Shown one piece after another: positions 57,335 through 64,000 of a DNA stretch of 64,000 nt. Position 1 is the stretch's first letter; the number at the start of each line of letters is the position of its first letter. A program made the position numbers and the translations under genes. A model generated the notes under the pieces. That model saw only the letters and a program-made list of their open reading frames with translations, searched no databases and had not been told where the DNA came from. Source of the DNA: an uncultured Candidatus Saccharibacteria bacterium (GTDB lineage Bacteria > Patescibacteriota > Minisyncoccia > UBA6257 > 2-01-FULL-56-20); contig CAZAFA010000001.1 of assembly GCA_964484655.1 (NCBI GenBank), forward strand, positions 31,242 through 95,241, given 5' to 3'.

Positions 57335-58219
57335 ATGCACGAACCCGTACTTTTACACGAAACGATCGCACACCTGGATCCGCGCCCCGGCGACCTCGTC
57401 GTCGACGGCACGCTCGGCCTCGGCGGTCACAGCAAGGAGATCCTCCCGCGCCTCGCGCCGGGCGGCACGCTCCTCGGGCTGGACCTCGACCCGACGCGGC
57501 TCGGACGTGTGCAGGCGGCACTCGACGACGATGCAAGCAGGCTCGGCGTCACGGTGTCCGTACGGCACGCGAGCTACGACACGCTACCCGCCATCCTCGC
57601 CGACATCGGCCGCAGGGCTGACGGGCTCCTCCTGGATCTCGGCTTCGCGTCGGACCAGCTCGTTCCCGAGAGGGGATTCAGCTTCCGCGAGAAGGGTCCT
57701 CTCACGATGACCTACGACCCGGACGCGACACCTCTTTCGGACCTCCTCGCCTCGGCGAGCGAGGGCGAGATCGGCCGCGTCATCCGCGAGTACGGCGAAG
57801 AGCGGTACTGGCGGCGGATCAGCCGCTCGCTGTACCAGCGCGCGCGCTCCGGCGAGCTCCGGACCACGCTGGACCTCCGCGACGCCGTCGTCTCCGTGAT
57901 CCCGCGCGCCGCAGGACACGGCGCCACCGATCCGGCGACCCGTACCTTCCAGGCGCTCCGCATCTGGGCCAACGGCGAGCTCGAGCGGCTCGACCGCATC
58001 CTCGCGGCGCTGCCCGAGGTCATGGCTCCCGGCGGACGCGTCGCGATCATCAGCTTCCACGCCCTCGAGGACGCCCGCGTCCGACAGGCGTTCCAGGACC
58101 TCCGCAAGGACAAGCGCGGCACGACGGACAAGAAGTTCGTCGCCGCGGGCCTCGCCGAGGTCGTCCGCAACCCCCGCGCCCGCTCCGCGCGACTCCGGAG
58201 CTTCACCTTCAATCCCTGA
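57335..58219 (+). CDS. rsmH: 16S rRNA (cytosine1402-N4)-methyltransferase
   Basis: HEPVLLHETI, the VVDGTLGLGGHS SAM-binding motif, and the C-terminal ISFHALEDARV. Confidence 0.85.
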   Translation: MHEPVLLHETIAHLDPRPGDLVVDGTLGLGGHSKEILPRLAPGGTLLGLDLDPTRLGRVQAALDDDASRLGVTVSVRHASYDTLPAILADIGRRADGLLLDLGFASDQLVPERGFSFREKGPLTMTYDPDATPLSDLLASASEGEIGRVIREYGEERYWRRISRSLYQRARSGELRTTLDLRDAVVSVIPRAAGHGATDPATRTFQALRIWANGELERLDRILAALPEVMAPGGRVAIISFHALEDARVRQAFQDLRKDKRGTTDKKFVAAGLAEVVRNPRARSARLRSFTFNP

Positions 58220-58313
58220 CCCATGCGCACCCGCTTCCCGTACCAGATCCTCGCCGGCGCGCTCGTCGCGCTCCCGCTCATCCACCTCGCACTCCTCCGC
58301 TACACCTCCTGAC

Positions 58314-58646
58314 ATGACCTACCTCCAGCCGCACGCGCAAGCTACGACCTCAATCTACCGCCTTCTCATCATCGGCTTCGCCGTCGCGGCGACCGTATCC
58401 ATACTCGGCCTCATCGGCCTCTACAACGCGGTGGTGAGCGAGCGGCATGCGGCGCAGGAGGCAGGCAAGGCGATCATCACGCTCCAGACGGGCAACGTCG
58501 ATCTCGAGCAGCGGCTGCTCCTCGCGTTCGACGTGAACGCCGTCGACGCGTTCGCGGCGTCGCGCGGCCTTGTGAAGGAGCGCGATCCCCGATACCTTGA
58601 GGGCACTCCGGCGTCATGGGCTCTCGCTTCCGTTTCTCACTTCTGA
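58314..58646 (+). CDS. ftsL: Cell division protein FtsL-like
   Basis: 110 aa with one TM and a coiled coil. It sits between rsmH and ftsI in dcw-cluster synteny. Confidence 0.5.
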   Translation: MTYLQPHAQATTSIYRLLIIGFAVAATVSILGLIGLYNAVVSERHAAQEAGKAIITLQTGNVDLEQRLLLAFDVNAVDAFAASRGLVKERDPRYLEGTPASWALASVSHF

Positions 58647-60256
58647 TCGCCGCAGCGTTCGTCGCCTACGGAGCCCTGCTCCTCAGGCTCTACGACCTCC
58701 AGATCGACAAGGGGGACACGTACGCGGCGAAGGCGAGCCAGCAGCTCGAGGCGGGCCAGCGCCTCGACGCGCCGCGCGGCGTCATCTACTTCACGGACAA
58801 GAACGGCAACCGCACGCCGGTCGCGGTCAACCGCGACCTGCCGGTCGTCTACGCCGTGCCGAAGGAGGTCGAGGACCCCGCAGCGCTCATCGAGGCGCTG
58901 CTGCCGTACTTCCCGGACATGGATCAGGGGAAGATGCTCACGCGCCTGCAGAACAAGGAGAGCCTCTACACGCTCTTCGGGAAGCGTCTCCCCCAGGAGA
59001 CCGCGGACCGCATCAAGGAGCTCGGCCTTACGGGCCTCTACGTCAACAACCAGCCCTTCCGTTATTACACCCTCGGCCCTTCGGCCGGTCACCTGCTCGG
59101 CTTCGTCGGCCCGAACCAGAACGGCCTCGGCGACGCGGGCCGCTACGGCGTCGAGGAAGCGTACGACACGCACCTGACCGGCGCGCCCGGCATCCTCGAG
59201 AACGGGCGCCTGACCTTCCCGACGCCGGGCGAGGACCTCGTGCTCACCATCGACCCGAACGTGCAGGCCGAGGCGCAGACGCTCCTGACGAACCTCGTCG
59301 CCAAGTACCGCAGCAAGGGCGGCACGATCATCGTGCAGGAACCCAAGAGCGGGAAGCTGCTCGCGCTCGTCGGCGCGCCGACGTTCGACCCGAACAGCTA
59401 CAGCAAGGCGCCGCTCGAGGCGTTCGTCAACGGCGCGACGCAGCAGCAGTACGAGCCGGGCTCGGTCGTGAAGGTGCTGACCATGGCGGCCGGACTCGAC
59501 GCGGGCAAGTTCACGCCGCAGACCACGGTCTACGACAACGGCGACTTCGAGGTCAGCGGCTTCCACATCCATAACTGGGACCTGAAGGCGTACGGCACCG
59601 TGACGATGACCAACATCATCGAGCACTCGCTCAACGTCGGCACCTCGCTCGCCCAGCGCATGGTCGGGCGCGACACCTTCCTGAAGTACATGAAGGCATT
59701 CGGCTACGGCGAGCGCACGGGCATCGACCTGCCCGGCGAGATCCGCGGCGACCTCGGCGAGATCACGCGGTCGGGCGCGAGCGACATCGCCTGGGCGACC
59801 GCGTCCTTCGGGCAGGGCGTCGTCGCGACGCCGATCCAGGTGATCAACGCGGTCTCGGCGATCGCCAACGGCGGGAAGCTCATGCGCCCGTACGTGAACG
59901 CCGAGCTCGAGCCGGAGGTGCGGCGCACGGTCATCAAGCCGGAGACCGCGCGCCAGGTGGCGCAGATGATGAGCACCGCCGTCGTCACCAACAAGATCGC
60001 GGCCATCCAGGGCTACGACGTCGCCGGCAAGACGGGCACGGCGCAGCTGGCGGTCGGCGGCAAGTACGGGGACAACGTCATCAACACGTACGTCGGCTTC
60101 GCGCCGGCGTTCGATCCCAAGTTCGTGATCCTCGTGAAGCTCGACCAGCCTGCCGGCGCGCCGCTCGCGGGACAGACCATCGTGCCGGTGTTCCGCGAGC
60201 TCGCGCAGTTCCTGCTCACGTACTACGAGGTACCGCCGTCCCGCTCCGCGCAATGA
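58616..60256 (+). CDS. ftsI: Penicillin-binding protein (FtsI/PBP3-type transpeptidase)
   Basis: N-terminal TM, SVVK (SxxK), HSLN region and KTGTAQ (KTG). Confidence 0.8.
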   Translation: MGSRFRFSLLIAAAFVAYGALLLRLYDLQIDKGDTYAAKASQQLEAGQRLDAPRGVIYFTDKNGNRTPVAVNRDLPVVYAVPKEVEDPAALIEALLPYFPDMDQGKMLTRLQNKESLYTLFGKRLPQETADRIKELGLTGLYVNNQPFRYYTLGPSAGHLLGFVGPNQNGLGDAGRYGVEEAYDTHLTGAPGILENGRLTFPTPGEDLVLTIDPNVQAEAQTLLTNLVAKYRSKGGTIIVQEPKSGKLLALVGAPTFDPNSYSKAPLEAFVNGATQQQYEPGSVVKVLTMAAGLDAGKFTPQTTVYDNGDFEVSGFHIHNWDLKAYGTVTMTNIIEHSLNVGTSLAQRMVGRDTFLKYMKAFGYGERTGIDLPGEIRGDLGEITRSGASDIAWATASFGQGVVATPIQVINAVSAIANGGKLMRPYVNAELEPEVRRTVIKPETARQVAQMMSTAVVTNKIAAIQGYDVAGKTGTAQLAVGGKYGDNVINTYVGFAPAFDPKFVILVKLDQPAGAPLAGQTIVPVFRELAQFLLTYYEVPPSRSAQ

Positions 60257-61554
60257 GGTCCGTGCCAGGCTTCGCGCACTGGGCAGCAGTGCGCCTCGTG
60301 CGGGCTTCGCTCTGGCGCTTCAAGCCGAGCGTGGTCTCAGTGACGGGGACGGTAGGGAAGACGACGACGAAAGCGGCGATCGCGGCGGTGCTCTCGCCGA
60401 TGCGCCGCGTGCGCATCGCGCCCGACGGCGTGCCGCCCTACGCGGCGCTCGCGCTCACCGTGCTCGCCACGGACGAGCACCTCGCGGAGGCGCCGAGCCA
60501 GTACCAGGACGACGGCTACAACCACGACCTGAAGCGGAGCTGGTTCTGGATCCGCGTCCTCGCGTTCGCCTCGTTGCGGCTGGTCCGGACCCGGCGCAAG
60601 GAAGCGCCAGACGTCTGCGTCGCCGAGTACGGCCGCGCCGAGAACGTGCGCCAGCTCCTGCGCCTCGTGCGCCCGACGGTCGCGGTCCTGACGCCGATCG
60701 GCGAGGTCGCGCCCGGCGGCCGCGGCGAGGAGGACCCGATCCGCGACTACGCGCGCACCGTCGAGCAGCTGCCTGCCGCCGCGTTCGCAGTCATCCCGTG
60801 CGAGGACGCGGCGCTCGCGGTGCGCCAGCGCACGCGCGCGCACGTGCTCACGTACGGCGCGGGCAGCGCCGCGCACGTGCAGGTGCAGCAGGTGCTCCAG
60901 GAGATCGACGCGGACGGGCATCCTGCCGTCTCGGCCGACATCAGCTACGGCGGATCGGTGGTGCCCATCGTCCTCCGCGGGGCGGTCGGGCCGTACCACA
61001 CCAACGCCGCAGCCGCCGCGATGTGCGTCGGCATCGTCTTCGGCGCCACGCTGCCCGACCTCGCGAGCGCGCTTTCCGCGTACCGCCCGCCGCAGGGATC
61101 CGTGCGCGTGATCCCGGCCGTGAAGGAGGCGACGCTCATCGCCGACGAGTACGACGCGCACCTGCTGACGGCCGTCGCCGGGCTGGAGCTCCTCGACGCG
61201 TACCCGGGCAAGCGGAAGATCGTGGTGCTCGGCGACCTCGTGGACCTCGGCAGCAAGAGCATGGAGGTGCACGAGTACCTCGGCCGGATCGTGAAGGAAG
61301 TCGCTGACGCGTTCATCGTCGTGGGCAGCCGCGCCCGCATCGCCGCCGAGTCGGCGCTGCGCGCGCGCATGGCCAAGAAGAACGTGCAGGCGTTCGAGCG
61401 CGCCGAGGACGCCGCGCCGGCGCTGCAGGCTTTGCTGAAGAAGGGCGACGTGGTGCTCGTCGCCGGCTCGCGCGTGATGCGCCTCGACAAGGTCGTGGAG
61501 GAGGTGCGCCTTCCCGACGCCGAGGATGTCCGGCGCGCGCAGGAAGGGGAGTAG
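60253..61554 (+). CDS. murF: Mur ligase family protein, probably UDP-MurNAc-pentapeptide synthetase MurF
   Basis: VTGTVGKTTTK P-loop and ADEYDAH (DxYNANP-like). Its position after ftsI in dcw synteny fits. It is shorter than a typical MurF. Confidence 0.5.
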   Translation: MRSVPGFAHWAAVRLVRASLWRFKPSVVSVTGTVGKTTTKAAIAAVLSPMRRVRIAPDGVPPYAALALTVLATDEHLAEAPSQYQDDGYNHDLKRSWFWIRVLAFASLRLVRTRRKEAPDVCVAEYGRAENVRQLLRLVRPTVAVLTPIGEVAPGGRGEEDPIRDYARTVEQLPAAAFAVIPCEDAALAVRQRTRAHVLTYGAGSAAHVQVQQVLQEIDADGHPAVSADISYGGSVVPIVLRGAVGPYHTNAAAAAMCVGIVFGATLPDLASALSAYRPPQGSVRVIPAVKEATLIADEYDAHLLTAVAGLELLDAYPGKRKIVVLGDLVDLGSKSMEVHEYLGRIVKEVADAFIVVGSRARIAAESALRARMAKKNVQAFERAEDAAPALQALLKKGDVVLVAGSRVMRLDKVVEEVRLPDAEDVRRAQEGE

Positions 61555-61556
61555 CC

Positions 61557-62171
61557 ATGGCCAAGCGTCCTTCCAAGGCGGCGACCCGCATCAGCGACGA
61601 GGCGACGGTCCGCGCGACCGGCAAGACCTCCGCGGAATGGTACGCGCTTCTCGACGCGGACCATGCCGAGCTCTGGAGCCATAGGGAGCGCGTCAGCTTC
61701 CTGCGCCGTCACGGCGTCGCGCCCTGGTGGCAGCAGATGATCGCGGTCAACTACGAGCGCGCCCGGGGCCTGCGCCTCCTCGGCGAGACGAAGGCCGGCT
61801 TCGAGTTCGGGATCTCGCGCACGCTCGCGGTCGCGCCGGAGCGCGCCTGGGAGCTCCTGACCGCGGGCGTCGGCCTCGAGGCGTGGGCGGGCGACGGCAC
61901 GGACGTCGAGCTGCGGAAAGGGGCCAGCCAGCAGCTGCGCGGCAAGCGCGTCGAGGTCCGCGGCCTCACGCCCGGCGTCCGCCTGCGCCTCGCGGTGACC
62001 GAGCCCGGAGTGCCGCAGCGGATCATCCAGATGAGCGTCGCGCCCGCGGCGAACGGGCGCTCGAGCATCCGTTTCCACGAGGAGCACCTGCCCGGCATCG
62101 CCGCGCGCAAGCGCGCGGAGCGCCGCTGGCACGACGTCATGGACGAGGTGGAGGATATCCTCGGCGCCTGA
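61557..62171 (+). CDS. DUF4287-domain protein with C-terminal SRPBCC/AHSA1-like region
   Basis: N-terminal ATGKTSAEWYALLDA...HGVAPWWQQMIAVNYE matches the remembered DUF4287 pattern. Confidence 0.4.
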   Translation: MAKRPSKAATRISDEATVRATGKTSAEWYALLDADHAELWSHRERVSFLRRHGVAPWWQQMIAVNYERARGLRLLGETKAGFEFGISRTLAVAPERAWELLTAGVGLEAWAGDGTDVELRKGASQQLRGKRVEVRGLTPGVRLRLAVTEPGVPQRIIQMSVAPAANGRSSIRFHEEHLPGIAARKRAERRWHDVMDEVEDILGA

Positions 62172-62192
62172 CCGGTCTGCTACACTGGGGGC

Positions 62193-62597
62193 ATGTCAAC
62201 GCACGCCTCCCGTCCCTCCTACACCTATCTCTACATCGCGATAGCCATCGTCGCGGTCGCGCTCGTGGGATGGGGGATCCTGGCGCTCGACCAGCAGAGC
62301 ACGAAGCTCGACGGCTTCGCGTCCTGCCTGAAGGAGAAGGGCGCCACCTTCTACGGCGCCTTCTGGTGCCCGCACTGCCAGGAGCAGAAGGCCATGTTCA
62401 AGAAGTCGTCGCGCCTGCTCGCGTACGAGGAGTGCTCGACGCCGGACGGCAAGGGGCAGACGCAGGACTGCACGGACAAGGGCATCAAGTCGTACCCGAC
62501 CTGGACCTTCGCAGACGGCAGCACCGAGGAGGGCGTGCTCTCGCTGGGCAAGCTCGCCGAGAAGACCGGCTGCGAGGTTCCCGAGGAAGCCAAGTAG
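62193..62597 (+). CDS. Membrane-anchored thioredoxin-like protein (CxxC)
   Basis: One TM. The WCPHCQ active site and a second Cys pair, in the style of DsbA/VKOR-associated Trx. Confidence 0.55.
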   Translation: MSTHASRPSYTYLYIAIAIVAVALVGWGILALDQQSTKLDGFASCLKEKGATFYGAFWCPHCQEQKAMFKKSSRLLAYEECSTPDGKGQTQDCTDKGIKSYPTWTFADGSTEEGVLSLGKLAEKTGCEVPEEAK

Positions 62598-62601
62598 CGC
62601 C

Positions 62602-63135
62602 ATGGACGCAGCCCTGTTCACCGGGATCGTCAGCGTGATGGTGGTCATCGGCCAGATCGCTGCGGTCGGGCTCGCGCTCCTGCTCATGCGGGACGTGCGC
62701 CAGCGCCGCCGCGACGGCCTCACGGCATGGGTGCACCGCTACGGGCTCACGCTCGCCTTCGTCATCGCGCTCGGCGCCGTGGCCGCGAGCTTCGTGTACT
62801 CGGACGTGATCGGGTACGCGCCGTGCACTCTCTGCTGGTACCAGCGCGCCTTCATGATCCCGCTCGCGGTCGTCCTCGGCATCGCGGCGTGGCGCAATGA
62901 CCGGAGCATCATCCCGTACGCGCTCGCGCTGACCGCCTTCGGCGGCCTGGTCGCGCTCAACCACGTCTGGCTCCAGACGATGGGCGTCTCCCTCATCCCG
63001 TGCGACGCCAGCGGCCCGAGCTGCGACCAGCGCTTCGTCTACGAGTTCGGCTACGTGACGATCCCGGTGATGTCGCTCACCGGATTCGCGCTCATCGGCG
63101 CCCTGCTCGGTCACGCGCAGGTACGCAAGCACTAG
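62602..63135 (+). CDS. Disulfide bond formation protein B (DsbB/BdbC family)
   Basis: 4 TM. The first periplasmic loop has CTLCWYQR, like B. subtilis BdbC. The second Cys pair is CDASGPSC. Confidence 0.6.
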   Translation: MDAALFTGIVSVMVVIGQIAAVGLALLLMRDVRQRRRDGLTAWVHRYGLTLAFVIALGAVAASFVYSDVIGYAPCTLCWYQRAFMIPLAVVLGIAAWRNDRSIIPYALALTAFGGLVALNHVWLQTMGVSLIPCDASGPSCDQRFVYEFGYVTIPVMSLTGFALIGALLGHAQVRKH

Positions 63136-63136
63136 C

Positions 63137-63940
63137 ATGGCCACCGCGCTCGTCACCGGCGCGTCATCCGGGATCGGCATGGAGTTCGCCGGCGTGCTCG
63201 CGCGCGAGGGATACGACCTCTTCCTAGTAGCGCGGGACGGCGAGCGGCTCGCGAAGGTCTGCGACGCGCTGAAAGTCGCGTACGGCATCCAGGCGCACTA
63301 CCTGGCGCAGGACCTGTCCGTGATCGGGGCGCCCGAGGCGCTCGTCGACGCGCTCGACGCGCAGGGCATGGTCATCGACGTGCTCGTGAACAACGCGGGC
63401 GTCGGCGACTACGGGAAGTTCATGGAGGCGGACGTCGCGAGGATCCGCGCGATGCTCCGCATCAACGTCATGGTGCCGACGCTCCTCGCGCGCCTGATCG
63501 GCGCGCGCATGATTGAGCGCGGCAGCGGCAGGATCCTCAACGTCGCCTCGTTCGCGAGCTTCGTGCCCGGCCCGTGGATGGCCGCCTACTACGCATCCAA
63601 GGCGTACCTCCTCTCGTTCTCGGAGGCGCTCGCGACCGAGCTTCAGGGGACCGGCGTCACGGTCACGGCGCTCTGCCCCGGCCCGACCGACACCGACTTC
63701 ATGCAGGTCTCCGGCATGAGCCGGTCGCGCCTGGTCTCCGGCAAGAAGCTCGCCGACCCGAAGCGCGTCGCCGAGTTCGGCTACCGCGCGATGATCCGCG
63801 GGAAGCGCGCCGCCGTGACCGGGCCGCGGTACCGGCTGTTCGCGTTCCTCACGGGCCTCGCGCCGCGGAGCCTCGTCGCGCGCATCGTGGAGCGCTTGCA
63901 GGCGCCGGTCTCCGGCGAGCCGAAGCCGGCACGGCACTAG
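63137..63940 (+). CDS. Short-chain dehydrogenase/reductase (SDR) family oxidoreductase
   Basis: TGASSGIG cofactor motif, NNAG, and the YxxxK catalytic region (YYASKAY). Confidence 0.8.
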   Translation: MATALVTGASSGIGMEFAGVLAREGYDLFLVARDGERLAKVCDALKVAYGIQAHYLAQDLSVIGAPEALVDALDAQGMVIDVLVNNAGVGDYGKFMEADVARIRAMLRINVMVPTLLARLIGARMIERGSGRILNVASFASFVPGPWMAAYYASKAYLLSFSEALATELQGTGVTVTALCPGPTDTDFMQVSGMSRSRLVSGKKLADPKRVAEFGYRAMIRGKRAAVTGPRYRLFAFLTGLAPRSLVARIVERLQAPVSGEPKPARH

Positions 63941-64000
63941 AGGGGATTGCGTCCTCCGGCGAGGTTGCTAGGATGGCCATGAAATCCCATGACCGCAGGC

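Noticed and set aside
56600-57340. 246-aa minus-strand ORF.
   Set aside because: It is antisense to mraZ and sits over the MraZ operator region. mraZ has clear family motifs, and this ORF has none.

Overview
This window is a high-GC (~68%) bacterial chromosomal segment: about 65 protein genes, one 16S rRNA gene that is not followed by a 23S gene, and seven tRNA genes. The 16S gene has non-canonical universal-primer regions and extra helices. The ribosomal-protein genes are scattered, five of the seven tRNAs lack an encoded CCA while a CCA-adding enzyme is present, and Asp/Glu-tRNA amidation is indirect (aspS plus gatCA). Together these point to an uncultivated, reduced-genome lineage, possibly CPR/Patescibacteria-like, but this is inference only. 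Recognisable housekeeping content: mreD?-mrdA, rplU, lepA, ftsB, lysA, gatCA, cca, aspS-rdgB-ndk, rpmE, rplS, rnhA and rnhB, rpmF-nusB-rnc-smc, the dcw cluster head (mraZ-rsmH-ftsL-ftsI-murF), two GT39/ArnT-like glycosyltransferases, an ECF sigma/anti-sigma pair, an ABC exporter, MgtC, two MscS-type channels, a DedA protein and a Trx/DsbB pair. Most second-look items: (1) a 0.6-kb low-GC (~50%) island carrying one unknown GNAT-like gene with its own RBS and a perfect bidirectional terminator, immediately downstream of a VirD4/TraD-like coupling-protein ATPase that is translationally coupled to a small upstream gene; (2) an in-frame fusion of a complete phosphoglycerate kinase to a complete DHH/DHHA1 (NrnA-like) phosphoesterase; (3) a class-I release factor (RF1-like, PKT motif) that lacks the whole N-terminal domain 1, divergent from an orphan CheY-like regulator; (4) a SET-domain methyltransferase with a canonical promoter and a perfect palindrome, next to an AdoMet decarboxylase; (5) a stand-alone 16S rRNA with expansion insertions, followed by a response regulator, rplS and tRNA-Leu; (6) a hinge-less short SMC; (7) several ORF-free structured segments that could be sRNAs or attenuators. 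Many long antisense ORFs in the six-frame track are GC-driven artefacts. Coordinates I assigned by hand (tRNAs, promoters, terminators) may be off by 1-2 nt.
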